Origin: an uncultured Mediterraneibacter sp.
Lineage (GTDB): Bacteria > Bacillota > Clostridia > Lachnospirales > Lachnospiraceae
NCBI GenBank assembly: GCA_944376685.1
Contig: CALWDN010000001.1
Span: 5,472 to 69,471 of the forward strand
Direction: 5' to 3'
DNA: 64,000 nucleotides
Both the position numbers and the translations under genes were made by a program. Below are positions 49,925 to 60,371 of this stretch, piece after piece; positions within the stretch are counted from its first letter, which is position 1; each line of letters begins with the position of its first letter. Below the pieces are notes generated by a model. That model was not told where the DNA came from and did not search any database. It was given only the letters and a program-made list of their open reading frames with translations.

Positions 49925-50872
49925 ATGCGTGTGATCTTTATGGGAACCCCGGACTTTTCCGTGGGCACGCTGGAGGCGCTGATCGCGGCCGGACACGAGG
50001 TGTGTCTCGCAGTGACCCAGCCGGACAAACCAAAAGGCCGGGGCGGAAAGATGCAGTATACGCCGGTCAAGGAGAGGGCGCTCTTCCATAATATCCCGGT
50101 GTACCAGCCGAAGCGTGTGCGCGACCCGGAGTGTGTGGAAGAACTGCGGAAATACGATGCCGATGTGATGGTGGTCGTGGCGTTCGGCCAGATCCTGCCC
50201 AAAGAGATCCTGGAGATGACGCCCTACGGCTGCATTAATGTCCATGCATCCCTGCTCCCGAAGTACCGGGGTGCGGCGCCGATCCAGTGGGCCATCATCG
50301 AGGGCGAGGAAGTGACCGGCGTGACCACCATGCAGATGGATGAAGGGCTGGATACCGGCGATATGATCCTGAAGACAGAAGTCCCGGTCGCGGCGGACGA
50401 GACCGGGGAAAGCCTGCATGACAAGCTGGCGGCAGCCGGGGCGGCGCTCTGCGTGGAGACGCTGAAGGCGCTGGAGGACGGCACTGCCGTCCGGGAGAAA
50501 CAGGGCGAAAGCCCCACCGCGTACGCGAAAATGCTGACGAAAGAACTGGGCGATATCGACTGGACGGAGCCGGCGGTAAAGATCGAACGGCTTGTCCGGG
50601 GGCTCAATTCATGGCCCGGCACTTATACGCACTGGAACGGAAAAGTCCTGAAGATCTGGCGCGCTGCGGCGGAAACGGCGCAGCCGGCGGAAGCAGCGGA
50701 TGCGCAGCCGGGGACGGTTGTATCTGTAGAGAAGGAAAGCTTTGCGGTGCAGACCGGGGACGGCGTCCTCCGTGTGCTGGAAGTCCAGATGCCGGGTAAG
50801 AAGCGTATGGACGCGGGTGCGTTCCTGAGGGGGAATACAATGGAGCCGGGCGGGCTCCTTTCCAGGGGGTAA
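49925..50872 (+). CDS. fmt: Methionyl-tRNA formyltransferase
   Basis: FMGTPDF, TQPD, INVHASLLPKYRGAAPI, GLDTGD. Confidence 0.96.
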   Translation: MRVIFMGTPDFSVGTLEALIAAGHEVCLAVTQPDKPKGRGGKMQYTPVKERALFHNIPVYQPKRVRDPECVEELRKYDADVMVVVAFGQILPKEILEMTPYGCINVHASLLPKYRGAAPIQWAIIEGEEVTGVTTMQMDEGLDTGDMILKTEVPVAADETGESLHDKLAAAGAALCVETLKALEDGTAVREKQGESPTAYAKMLTKELGDIDWTEPAVKIERLVRGLNSWPGTYTHWNGKVLKIWRAAAETAQPAEAADAQPGTVVSVEKESFAVQTGDGVLRVLEVQMPGKKRMDAGAFLRGNTMEPGGLLSRG

Positions 50873-50877
50873 AAAAG

Positions 50878-51579
50878 ATGTTTTATTACTATTATGACTG
50901 GACTTATATCCTGGTTGTGATCGGCGCGGTCATCTGTATCGCGGCGTCGGCGCGGGTGAAGAATGTATTTGCCAGATATTCCCGCATACAGAGCCATTTG
51001 GGGCTTACCGGGCGGGAGGCGGCAGAGCAGATCCTGCACCGGAACGGGATCTATGACGTGCAGGTGATCCACATCGGCGGAAATCTGACGGATCACTACA
51101 ATCCGGGCAATAAGACGCTGGGGCTTTCGGATACGGTTTACAATTCCACATCCGTGGCGGCCATCGGCGTGGCGGCCCATGAGTGCGGACATGCGGTCCA
51201 GCATGCGAGAGGCTATGTCCCGCTTGCGATCCGCGGCTCCCTCGTGCCTGTGGCGAATATCGGATCCATGGCGGCGTGGCCGCTGATCCTGATCGGCCTT
51301 TTCATGAACGGCCAGACAGCGATATTTTTCATTAATCTGGGCATCCTGCTTTTTTCGGCTGCGGTCCTGTTCCAGATCGTGACCCTGCCGGTGGAGTTCA
51401 ACGCTTCCGGCCGGGCCGTGAAAGTGCTGGAGAGTTCCGGGATGCTGTATCCGGATGAGGTTGATTCGGTGAAGAAAGTGCTGGGCGCGGCGGCGCTGAC
51501 CTATGTGGCAAGTGCGGCGTCCATGATCCTGCAGCTTCTGCGTCTCGTGATCATAGGAGGAAGAAAGCGGAATGACTAA
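50878..51579 (+). CDS. Membrane neutral zinc metallopeptidase (YugP-like)
   Basis: LTDHYNP, AAHECGHAVQH, TLPVEFNAS, AAALTYVA. Confidence 0.9.
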   Translation: MFYYYYDWTYILVVIGAVICIAASARVKNVFARYSRIQSHLGLTGREAAEQILHRNGIYDVQVIHIGGNLTDHYNPGNKTLGLSDTVYNSTSVAAIGVAAHECGHAVQHARGYVPLAIRGSLVPVANIGSMAAWPLILIGLFMNGQTAIFFINLGILLFSAAVLFQIVTLPVEFNASGRAVKVLESSGMLYPDEVDSVKKVLGAAALTYVASAASMILQLLRLVIIGGRKRND

Positions 51580-52954
51580 GTCGGTAAATGAGCGGGAGAT
51601 CGTCCTGGAAGTGCTCCTGGAGATCACGGAGCACGGGCAGTTCAGCCACATCATCCTGCGGGACGTGCTGAGTAAATACCAGTATCTCGAGAAGCGGGAC
51701 CGGGCGTTTATCACCCGTGTCGTGGACGGGACGCTGGAGCATATGATCGAGATCGATTATATCCTCGATCAGTTTTCAAAAGTAAAAGTAAAGAAATTGA
51801 AGCCGGTGATCCGCGGGATCCTGCGGAGCGCGGTCTACCAGCTTAAGTATATGGACAGCGTGCCGGACCATGCGGTGTGCAGCGAGGCGGTGAAGCTGGC
51901 GGTGCGGAAAGGATTCTCCGGGCTGAGAGGATATGTGAACGGGGTGCTCCGCGCCGTGGCCAGAGGGCTTGGCCGGGTGGAGTATCCGAAGGAGAAGATG
52001 AAGGAACTGTCCGTCCGCTACTCCTGTCCGGAATGGATCCTGGACCTGTGGGAGAAAACGTATGAACCGGATGTGATCGAAGCCATGCTCGCGGACTTCC
52101 AGACGGAGAAGCCGCTGACCATCCGGTGCTGCCTGAACCGCACGACGCCGGAGCTTCTGAAAGAAGAGCTGGAAGCGGAAGGGCTTCAGGTGACGGCCCA
52201 TCCCTACCTGCCGTATGCGCTTGACATTTCGGGGTACGACCATCTGGATGAGCTGGATGCTTTCCGGAACGGCCTTTTCACCGTGCAGGATATCAGCTCC
52301 ATGCTGGTGTCCGAGATAGCGGACCCGTGTGCAGGCGCAGAGGTGATCGACGTCTGTGCGGCCCCCGGCGGCAAGGCGCTCCATATGGCGGAGAAGATCC
52401 TGCTGGCGGATGAAGCTTCGGAAACGCAGACATGCGGCCATGTGGAAGCCCGGGATCTGACAGAGGCGAAAGCGGAACTGATCCGCGAAAATATCAGCCG
52501 GCTGGGGCTTGAAAATATTTCCGCGTCATGCATGGATGCGTCCGTGAAGGATGAGGCGTCTGTGGACCGGGCGGATATCGTGGTCGCGGACCTGCCGTGC
52601 TCCGGGCTGGGCGTGATCGGGAAGAAACCGGATCTCCGCTACCGGGCGGCGCCGGAAGGCATTGGGAGCCTGATCCGGCTCCAGCGGCAGATCCTGGACT
52701 GCGTGCAGGCGTACGTGAAGCCGGGCGGCACGCTCGTCTACAGCACCTGTACGGTCAATCCGGGCGAGAATGAAGAGAACGTATACTGGTTTCTGGAAGC
52801 ACATCCGGAATTCCGGCCTGCAGATATAAAAGACAGGCTCTGCGAAGAACTGAAAGGAAGCGTGACAGACGGCGGCTGTCTCCAGCTCCTTCCCGGGATC
52901 CATCAGAGCGACGGGTTCTTTATCGCGAAACTCATAAAGGAAGAGGAGAGCTGA
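51572..52954 (+). CDS. rsmB: 16S rRNA m5C967 methyltransferase
   Basis: NusB-like N-terminus, VQDISS, DVCAAPGGK, DLPCSGLG, YSTCT, DGFFIA. Confidence 0.94.
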   Translation: MTKSVNEREIVLEVLLEITEHGQFSHIILRDVLSKYQYLEKRDRAFITRVVDGTLEHMIEIDYILDQFSKVKVKKLKPVIRGILRSAVYQLKYMDSVPDHAVCSEAVKLAVRKGFSGLRGYVNGVLRAVARGLGRVEYPKEKMKELSVRYSCPEWILDLWEKTYEPDVIEAMLADFQTEKPLTIRCCLNRTTPELLKEELEAEGLQVTAHPYLPYALDISGYDHLDELDAFRNGLFTVQDISSMLVSEIADPCAGAEVIDVCAAPGGKALHMAEKILLADEASETQTCGHVEARDLTEAKAELIRENISRLGLENISASCMDASVKDEASVDRADIVVADLPCSGLGVIGKKPDLRYRAAPEGIGSLIRLQRQILDCVQAYVKPGGTLVYSTCTVNPGENEENVYWFLEAHPEFRPADIKDRLCEELKGSVTDGGCLQLLPGIHQSDGFFIAKLIKEEES

Positions 52955-52958
52955 ACCG

Positions 52959-54011
52959 ATGAAAAAGGATATCCGGTCCTTTGGATATGACGAACTTAAA
53001 ACAGAGATGGAACACATGGGCGAGAAACCATTCCGTTCAAAGCAGATCTATGAATGGCTGCATGTAAAGCTGGCGGACCGGTTTGAAGAGATGACCAATC
53101 TTTCGCTGAAACTGAGGGAGAGGCTGGAAGCGGAGTACATAATCCTGCCGGTACAGATGGAAGAACGGCAGATCTCGAAGCTGGACGGTACGAACAAGTT
53201 CCTGTTCCGCCTCCACGACGGCAATATGATCGAGAGTGTGCTCATGAAATACAAACACGGCAATTCGGTGTGCATCTCATCCCAGGCGGGCTGCCGGATG
53301 GGCTGCGCCTTCTGCGCATCCACCATCGGCGGGCTGAAGCGGAACCTGGCCCCTTCGGAGATGCTCGGCCAGATCTACCAGATCCAGAAGATCACCGGGG
53401 AGCGGGTGTCCAATGTAGTGGTCATGGGGACGGGCGAACCGCTCGACAACTATGATAATTTTGTAAAATTTGTCCGCATGCTCACGGATGAACACGGCCT
53501 TCACATCAGCCAGCGGAATGTAACGGTGTCCACCTGCGGCATCGTGCCGAACATGCTGCGGCTGGCGGATGAAGGATTCCAGATCACGCTTGCCCTGTCC
53601 CTGCACGGCTCCACCCAGGAGAAGCGGCGCCGACTCATGCCGGTGGCCAATAAGTATGATCTTTCGGAAGTGCTGGCAGCCTGCGATTCCTATTTCGCAA
53701 AGACGGGCCGGCGGGTGACATTTGAGTACAGCCTGGTCCACGGAGTCAACGACAGGGATGAAGACGCCCGGGAACTGACGGCGGTTTTAAAGCCGCGGAA
53801 CTGCCATCTGAACCTGATCCCGGTCAACCCGGTAAGGGAGCGGGAGTTTGTGCGGCCGAGCAGGGAAAATGCCCTGAATTTCAAAAATAAACTTGAAAAA
53901 AGCGGAATTAATGTTACTATAAGAAGGGAAATGGGCTCTGATATTGACGGGGCCTGTGGACAGCTCAGACGCCGTTATGCGGAGGAAGAGGACTCAATGG
54001 ACAGGATATAA
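52959..54011 (+). CDS. rlmN: 23S rRNA m2A2503 radical SAM methyltransferase
   Basis: CISSQAGCRMGCAFC, VMGTGEP, SLH, NLIP, IDGACGQL. Confidence 0.95.
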   Translation: MKKDIRSFGYDELKTEMEHMGEKPFRSKQIYEWLHVKLADRFEEMTNLSLKLRERLEAEYIILPVQMEERQISKLDGTNKFLFRLHDGNMIESVLMKYKHGNSVCISSQAGCRMGCAFCASTIGGLKRNLAPSEMLGQIYQIQKITGERVSNVVVMGTGEPLDNYDNFVKFVRMLTDEHGLHISQRNVTVSTCGIVPNMLRLADEGFQITLALSLHGSTQEKRRRLMPVANKYDLSEVLAACDSYFAKTGRRVTFEYSLVHGVNDRDEDARELTAVLKPRNCHLNLIPVNPVREREFVRPSRENALNFKNKLEKSGINVTIRREMGSDIDGACGQLRRRYAEEEDSMDRI

Positions 54012-54021
54012 GGAGACGGAT

Positions 54022-54765
54022 ATGAGGACATTTTCGATTACAGATGTAGGAATGGTACGACAGGTGAATCAGGATTATGTCTATGCGACAGATAAGCCTC
54101 TTGGTATTCTCCGGAATCTTTTCGTGGTTGCCGACGGAATGGGCGGACACCAGGCGGGAGACTATGCTTCCAAGTATACGGTAGAAGTGCTGAAAAGAGA
54201 ACTGAAAAACAGCGAAGGCGAGGATGTGGAGAAAAGTCTGGTCAGCGCCATCAAGACTGCCAACCGGGAGATCATCCGGGAGGCATCCGGCGACACCCAT
54301 CTCAAGGGGATGGGTACAACGGTCGTGGCGGCGACGGTCATGAACCAGATGATGTATTTCGCCAATGTGGGCGACAGCCGGCTGTACCTGATCAATCAGG
54401 GGATCCAGCAGCTGACGAAAGACCACTCCCTGGTGGAAGAGATGGTGAGGCTGGGCGGCATTAAGCCGGAAGAGGCAAAGCATCATCCGGATAAAAACAT
54501 CATCACCAGGGCCATCGGCGCCAAAGCAGATGTAGAGGTTGATTTTTACGAGCACCGCCTGAAACGGGGAGATATCATTTTGATGTGTACAGACGGGCTC
54601 AGCAATATGGTGGAGGATGAAGAACTGTTCCACATTGTCCAGGGCGGCAGGGATATCGTCGAGGCCGGCCAGACACTGGTGGAAGTGGCAAAGGAAAACG
54701 GCGGGACGGATAATATAGGGGTTGTCCTTGTAGAGCCGTTTGCAGATGAGGTGAGTGTATTATGA
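54022..54765 (+). CDS. stp: Stp1/PrpC-type PP2C Ser/Thr phosphatase
   Basis: DVG.VR..NQD, VADGMGGH, NVGDSR, CTDGL, GGTDN; ATG 54022 after AAGGAG. Confidence 0.93.
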   Translation: MRTFSITDVGMVRQVNQDYVYATDKPLGILRNLFVVADGMGGHQAGDYASKYTVEVLKRELKNSEGEDVEKSLVSAIKTANREIIREASGDTHLKGMGTTVVAATVMNQMMYFANVGDSRLYLINQGIQQLTKDHSLVEEMVRLGGIKPEEAKHHPDKNIITRAIGAKADVEVDFYEHRLKRGDIILMCTDGLSNMVEDEELFHIVQGGRDIVEAGQTLVEVAKENGGTDNIGVVLVEPFADEVSVL

Positions 54766-56852
54766 TCAAAGAAGGAGTTGTATTAGGGAAACGTTATGAG
54801 ATACTGGGGCGCATCGGGAGCGGCGGCATGGCGGATGTCTATAAAGGCAAAGACCATAAGCTGAACCGGTTTGTAGCCATCAAAGTGCTCAAAAGCGATT
54901 ACCGGACAGATGAGGTATTCATCAAGAAGTTTGTCAGCGAGGCGCAGGCGGCAGCGGGCCTGATGCACCCGAATGTGGTCAATGTCTATGATGTGGGCCA
55001 GGACCGGGGGCTGTACTACATGGTCATGGAGCTTGTGGAAGGCATCACGCTGAAAGATTATATTGAAAAGAAGGGCAGGCTGTCGCCGAAAGAGACAGTC
55101 AGCATCTCGATCCAGATGGTGACAGGGCTTCAGGCTGCCCATAATCACCATATCATACACCGGGATATTAAACCGCAGAATATCATTATCTCAAAAGACG
55201 GAAAAGTCAAAGTGACGGATTTCGGCATCGCCCGCGCAACGACGTCCACCCAGACGATCAGCACGAGCGTGATGGGGTCTGTCCATTATACATCGCCGGA
55301 GCAGGCCAGAGGCGGCGTGGTGGATCAGAAGAGCGATATCTATTCGATCGGCATCACCATGTATGAGATGGTCACGGGGCATGTGCCGTTTGACGGGGAT
55401 TCAACCGTTACCGTGGCGCTTAAACATCTGCAGGAGGAGATCACATCTCCGGCGGACGAGGTGCCGGACCTCCCGTACAGCCTGGAATGCATCATCATGA
55501 AGTGCACCCAGAAAAATCCCGCCCTCAGGTATCACGACTGCGCTTCCCTCCTGCTGGATCTGAAGCGTTCGCTGGTAGACCCGGACGGGGATTTTGTGGC
55601 GCTCGGCGTTATGTCCGGAGCGGCATCCGACCGGACCGTCGCGATGTCGACGGAAGAACTGGAACAGGTCCAGAGACGCGGATACAGCAATGACGACGAT
55701 TATGATGACGATGAATATGACGATGATGAATATGATGAAGATGGCGATTACGACGATGATTACGACAGGGATGATGACCGGAGATACAGCGGCCGCAGGC
55801 GGCGCGGGAAAAATGATGTAAACCCGGACACAAAGCGGATCATGAAGATCCTGATGATCGTTGCCGGAGTTGTTGTCGCGCTGCTCATCCTTTTCCTTGT
55901 GGGAAATGCAGCCGGATTCTTCAGCGAGCCGGGACTTGTGCAGAATGAATCGGAAATGGTGAAAGTACCGGATCTGCGGGGCAAGACCGAGGAACAGGCG
56001 CGCAGTGAGCTGAAAGATACCGGCATCGGCATGAAAGTGGAAAATGAACGCCAGCCTTCCAACAAGTACAAGGAAGGCGAGATCATGAGCCAGGATCCGG
56101 CGCCGGATACAGAAGTGGCGAAAAATTCAACGATCACGGTTGTCATCAGCAGCGGTGAAGAGGCAAAGATGGTCAGGGTGCCTGATGTGACAGACCGGTC
56201 GGAGGCAGATGCGGAAAAATCCCTTCAGGCTGCAAAGCTGACGGTTGTTCACGGAGAGGCGGCTTACAGCGATGATGTTGAAGAAGGAAATGTCATTTCC
56301 AGCGATCCGGTTGCAGGTACGGAAGTAGAGGAAGGCACGGAAGTAACGATCGTGATCAGCCTTGGGGCTGAGCCGGCGACTGTACCGGACCTGAGGAACA
56401 GATCTGCATCCGATGCGGAAGCGGCTCTCAAAGAGGCGGGACTGACAGGGCATGCAAGTGAAGAATACAGCGACAGCGTGGAAGCCGGCAAGGTGATCTC
56501 GCAGAGCGTCGATCCCGGGAAGAAAGTGGATAAAGGGACGTCTGTCAATTATGTTGTCAGCAAAGGCCCGAAGACTCAGCTTGTCGCGGTCCCGGATATT
56601 GTCGGCGCTACGGATGACGCGGCGCTGAAGCGTCTTCAGGAAGAAGGCCTTGAGGGAGTATATGTGGAAGAAGAGTATAGCGATTATCCGGTTGGTACGG
56701 TAAGCCGGATCAGCCCGTCTGTCGGGGCAAAAGTCGAAAAAGGCAGCCGGGTGCAGTACTGGATCAGCATTGGCCCGAAGCCGTCAGAACCTTCCGGAGA
56801 AACAGAGACGGGCACGGATACGGATATCGGCACCGGAGCCGCAGTTGACTGA
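54762..56852 (+). CDS. pknB: PASTA-domain Ser/Thr kinase (PrkC/Stk1)
   Basis: GSGGMADVY, VAIK, HRDIKPQN, DFG, SPEQ, one TM, four VPD-starting PASTA repeats. Confidence 0.95.
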   Translation: MIKEGVVLGKRYEILGRIGSGGMADVYKGKDHKLNRFVAIKVLKSDYRTDEVFIKKFVSEAQAAAGLMHPNVVNVYDVGQDRGLYYMVMELVEGITLKDYIEKKGRLSPKETVSISIQMVTGLQAAHNHHIIHRDIKPQNIIISKDGKVKVTDFGIARATTSTQTISTSVMGSVHYTSPEQARGGVVDQKSDIYSIGITMYEMVTGHVPFDGDSTVTVALKHLQEEITSPADEVPDLPYSLECIIMKCTQKNPALRYHDCASLLLDLKRSLVDPDGDFVALGVMSGAASDRTVAMSTEELEQVQRRGYSNDDDYDDDEYDDDEYDEDGDYDDDYDRDDDRRYSGRRRRGKNDVNPDTKRIMKILMIVAGVVVALLILFLVGNAAGFFSEPGLVQNESEMVKVPDLRGKTEEQARSELKDTGIGMKVENERQPSNKYKEGEIMSQDPAPDTEVAKNSTITVVISSGEEAKMVRVPDVTDRSEADAEKSLQAAKLTVVHGEAAYSDDVEEGNVISSDPVAGTEVEEGTEVTIVISLGAEPATVPDLRNRSASDAEAALKEAGLTGHASEEYSDSVEAGKVISQSVDPGKKVDKGTSVNYVVSKGPKTQLVAVPDIVGATDDAALKRLQEEGLEGVYVEEEYSDYPVGTVSRISPSVGAKVEKGSRVQYWISIGPKPSEPSGETETGTDTDIGTGAAVD

Positions 56853-56887
56853 TGTTGTGCAGGTCCTGAAAGAAGATAAACAGTTAT

Positions 56888-57766
56888 ATGCATGGTAAAA
56901 TCGTAAAAGGAATTGCCGGATTCTACTACGTTCACGTAGCAGGATCCGGTGTTTATGAGTGTAAGGCAAAAGGGATCTTCCGCAAAGACGGCATAAAGCC
57001 GCTGGTGGGAGATGATGTGGAGATCGAAGTCCTGGATGAGAGAGATATGGAAGGCAGCATCATGGAGATCCTTCCGCGAAAGAATGAGCTGGTCCGCCCG
57101 GCAGTGGCCAATATCGACCAGGCGCTGGTCGTATTTGCAGTGACAAAGCCGGCCCCTCATCTGAACCTGCTGGACCGGTTCCTCATTATGATGGAGAGCC
57201 GTGGTATTCCGGCAGTGCTCTGTTTTAACAAGACGGATATCGGCAGCAGCCCGCAGATCGCGGAACTGAAAGAGATCTATGCTGCATGCGGGTATCCGGT
57301 TGTTTTTACAAGCGCGAAAGCAGAGGAAAATATAGAACCGCTCAAAAAGATGCTCAGGGGAAAGACAACCGCCATCGCCGGGCCTTCCGGCGTGGGCAAG
57401 TCTTCGCTGATCAACCTGGTACAGTCCGGCGTGACGATGGAGACGGGCAGCGTCAGCCAGAAGATCGGCAGGGGGCGGCATACGACAAGGCACGCAGAAC
57501 TCCTGGTGATCGACCGGGATTCCTATATCGTGGATACCCCGGGGTTCAGTTCGCTCTACATCAGTGATATAGAAACAGACAGGCTGAAATACTGCTTCCC
57601 GGAATTCCGCCCGTACGAGGGCAAATGCCGGTTTAACGGCTGCGGGCATACGCATGAGCCCGACTGCGCGGTTAAGGAAGCAGTGGAAGAAGGAAAGATC
57701 CCTGCCAGGCGGTATGAAAATTATCTGAACCTGTACAGGGAGCTTCAGGAAAGGAAGAAATATTAG
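56888..57766 (+). CDS. rsgA: Ribosome small subunit-dependent GTPase
   Basis: NKTD, GPSGVGKSS, GRHTT, DTPGF, CRFNGCGHTHEPDC. Confidence 0.95.
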   Translation: MHGKIVKGIAGFYYVHVAGSGVYECKAKGIFRKDGIKPLVGDDVEIEVLDERDMEGSIMEILPRKNELVRPAVANIDQALVVFAVTKPAPHLNLLDRFLIMMESRGIPAVLCFNKTDIGSSPQIAELKEIYAACGYPVVFTSAKAEENIEPLKKMLRGKTTAIAGPSGVGKSSLINLVQSGVTMETGSVSQKIGRGRHTTRHAELLVIDRDSYIVDTPGFSSLYISDIETDRLKYCFPEFRPYEGKCRFNGCGHTHEPDCAVKEAVEEGKIPARRYENYLNLYRELQERKKY

Positions 57767-57767
57767 A

Positions 57768-58433
57768 ATGAGAAAGAATATCCTTGCACCGTCAATCCTG
57801 TCGGCGGATTTTAAAGAGCTGGGCGCCCAGATCCGGGAAACAGACCGCGCCGGTGCGGAATACATCCATTTTGATGTGATGGACGGGATCTTCGTGCCGA
57901 GCATTTCTTTCGGGATGCCGGTGCTCAAGTCTATCAAAGGGATGACCGGACAGGTGATGGACGTGCACCTGATGGTGACGGAGCCGGTGCGCTATGTGGA
58001 GGAATTTGCAAAATGCGGCGCAGATATCATAACGGTCCATCTGGAAGCCTGTGATGACCTCGGCGAGACGCTGGAGGCGATCCACCGGAGCGGCGTGAAG
58101 GCAGGGATCTCGGTCAAGCCGGGAACGCCTGTCGGCGCACTTGCGCCTTATCTCGGACAGGCGGAGATGTTCCTGATCATGAGCGTGGAGCCGGGATTCG
58201 GCGGACAGGCGTTTATTCCGGAGTCATTGGACCGGATCAGGGAACTGAGGTCTATGCTGGATGCGAAAGGGCTGGATACGGACATAGAAGTGGACGGCGG
58301 CATCTACCACAACAACGTGGGCGAAGTGCTGGCGGCCGGCGCAAATATCATCGTATCGGGCTCTGGTGTTTACAAGGGAAATATCGCGGAAAATACAGAG
58401 CGGTTCATGGAGATATTGAGAAGCTATGAGTAA
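57768..58433 (+). CDS. rpe: Ribulose-phosphate 3-epimerase
   Basis: APSILSADF, HFDVMDG, DVHLM, MSVEPGFGGQ, EVDGG. Confidence 0.96.
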   Translation: MRKNILAPSILSADFKELGAQIRETDRAGAEYIHFDVMDGIFVPSISFGMPVLKSIKGMTGQVMDVHLMVTEPVRYVEEFAKCGADIITVHLEACDDLGETLEAIHRSGVKAGISVKPGTPVGALAPYLGQAEMFLIMSVEPGFGGQAFIPESLDRIRELRSMLDAKGLDTDIEVDGGIYHNNVGEVLAAGANIIVSGSGVYKGNIAENTERFMEILRSYE

Positions 58434-59079
58434 AAGGACAGTGATCGTGAGCGGCGGCATGCTGGAAGAAGATTTTGTGCTGCCGATCCTGAAAAGTGAA
58501 GATACGGAATTTATCATCGCCGTTGACCGCGGGTTGGAGTTCCTGTACCGGCATGACGTCAGGCCGGATTATATCGTGGGGGATTTTGACAGCGTCCCGC
58601 ATGAACTGGTGGATTATTACCGGGAGCAGGTGAACGTCCCCATCCGCGAGTTCAATCCGGTGAAAGATGCGTCCGATACAGAGATCGCGCTCCGGCTGTG
58701 CCTGGGGCTGAACCGGAAGCAGATCTGGATCCTGGGCGGAACCGGGAACCGGATCGATCATCTGTGGGCCAATGTGCAGTGCCTGCAGATCGCGCTGGAT
58801 GCGGGGGCGGACGCCCGGATCATTGACAGCCACAATCGGATCCGTCTGCTGGGCGGAGACATTACGCTTCGCAGGGAGGAAGCCTTCGGGCCGTATTTTT
58901 CTCTTTTCCCGCTGGAGATGCCGGTGGATGAACTGACGGTGACGGGAGCGAAATACCCGCTTAAGAACCATTTCCTCAAACCGGATGACAGCCTGTGCGT
59001 GAGCAATGAATTCGCAGAAGATGAGGTGAAGATTTCGTTCGTATATGGAAAAGTGATCCTGATGGAGACGAGAGATTAA
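58426..59079 (+). CDS. thiN: Thiamine diphosphokinase
   Basis: IAVDRG, VGDFDS, KDASDTE, GGTGNRIDH, VSNE. Confidence 0.92.
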   Translation: MSKRTVIVSGGMLEEDFVLPILKSEDTEFIIAVDRGLEFLYRHDVRPDYIVGDFDSVPHELVDYYREQVNVPIREFNPVKDASDTEIALRLCLGLNRKQIWILGGTGNRIDHLWANVQCLQIALDAGADARIIDSHNRIRLLGGDITLRREEAFGPYFSLFPLEMPVDELTVTGAKYPLKNHFLKPDDSLCVSNEFAEDEVKISFVYGKVILMETRD

Positions 59080-59086
59080 GAAATCG

Positions 59087-59114
59087 GAGTCGGCGTTGAC
59101 CGGCTCTTTTTTTT
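59087..59114 (+). terminator. Intrinsic terminator
   Basis: gagtcgg-cgttga-ccggctc followed by 8 T. Confidence 0.8.
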
Positions 59115-59156
59115 CAGGAGTGGCAGCAAGAAAGCAGCAATCCGATGATCAGACTA

Positions 59157-59185
59157 TTGAGGGTTTGCGGGCGCTGTGATATAAT
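59157..59185 (+). promoter_or_regulatory. Putative sigma-A promoter of ychF-lgt
   Basis: TTGAGG-17 nt-TATAAT with extended TG. Confidence 0.6.
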
Positions 59186-59261
59186 CCAAATGTTGCAGTG
59201 GGATCTTTTCTGTCAGAAAGAATTTCCATAAACAGGAAAATCAAAGGAGATGTGAAGATAT

Positions 59262-60359
59262 ATGAAATTAGGGATCGTAGGACTTCCAAACGTAGGGAAG
59301 AGTACATTATTTAATTCTCTGACAAAGGCAGGCGCGGAATCCGCCAACTATCCGTTCTGCACGATCGACCCGAATGTGGGCGTGGTGACCGTGCCGGATG
59401 AAAGGCTGAATGTCCTGGGCGAGATGTATCACACGAAGAAGATCATCCCGGCGGTGATCGAGTTCGTGGATATCGCAGGCCTGGTAAAGGGCGCGTCCAA
59501 AGGCGAAGGCCTGGGCAACCAGTTCCTTGCGAATATCCGTGAGGTGGACGCCATCGTACACGTGGTGCGCTGCTTCGAGAATACGAATATCGTCCATGTG
59601 GACGGGAGCATCGATCCGATGCGCGATATCGAGACGATCAATCTGGAACTGATCTTCTCCGATCTGGAAGTGCTGGAGAGGCGGATGTCCAAGACGGTCA
59701 AACTTTCCCGCAACGATAAGAATGCGGCGAAAGAGTATGCATTCCAGGAGCGCCTGAAAGCGCATCTGGAGGACAATAAACTTGCCAAGACCTTTAAGAC
59801 AGACGATGAAGACGAGGCGGCCTGGCTGAATGAGTACAATCTGCTCACCGCGAAGCCGGTGATCTTCGCGGCAAATGTATCCGAGGACGACCTTGCAGAC
59901 GACGGCGCTTCCAACGCGGGTGTGCAGGCGGTCCGTGCATATGCGGCAGCGGAAGAATGCGAGGTGTTCGTCGTCTGCGCGGAGATCGAGGAAGAGATCT
60001 CCCAGCTTGACGATGATGAGAAGAAAATGTTCCTGGACGACCTGGGGCTTAAAGAGTCCGGGCTTGAGAAACTGATCCGCGCGAGCTATCATCTGCTCGG
60101 CCTCATCAGCTACCTGACGGCCGGCGAGCCGGAAGTCCGCGCATGGACGATCAAAGCGGGGACAAAAGCCCCCCAGGCTGCCGGCAAGATCCATTCCGAT
60201 TTCGAACGCGGATTCATCCGCGCCGAAGTGGTAAGCTACGACGACCTGATCGCCTGCGGCTCCCATGCGGCGGCCAAAGAAAAGGGCCTGATCCGCCTGG
60301 AGGGAAAAGACTATGTAGTCCGGGACGGCGACATCATGCTGTTCAGGTTTAACGTATAA
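59262..60359 (+). CDS. ychF: Redox-regulated ATPase YchF
   Basis: GIVGLPNVGKSTLFN, NYPFCTIDPN, DIAGLV, AGKIHSDF..GFIRAE, EGKDY. Confidence 0.97.
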   Translation: MKLGIVGLPNVGKSTLFNSLTKAGAESANYPFCTIDPNVGVVTVPDERLNVLGEMYHTKKIIPAVIEFVDIAGLVKGASKGEGLGNQFLANIREVDAIVHVVRCFENTNIVHVDGSIDPMRDIETINLELIFSDLEVLERRMSKTVKLSRNDKNAAKEYAFQERLKAHLEDNKLAKTFKTDDEDEAAWLNEYNLLTAKPVIFAANVSEDDLADDGASNAGVQAVRAYAAAEECEVFVVCAEIEEEISQLDDDEKKMFLDDLGLKESGLEKLIRASYHLLGLISYLTAGEPEVRAWTIKAGTKAPQAAGKIHSDFERGFIRAEVVSYDDLIACGSHAAAKEKGLIRLEGKDYVVRDGDIMLFRFNV

Positions 60360-60371
60360 AGGGGCGTTTTT

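Noticed and set aside
55692-55778. Asp/Tyr-rich low-complexity repeat in pknB
   Set aside because: In-frame acidic juxtamembrane linker of an ordinary PASTA kinase; nothing suggests a separate element
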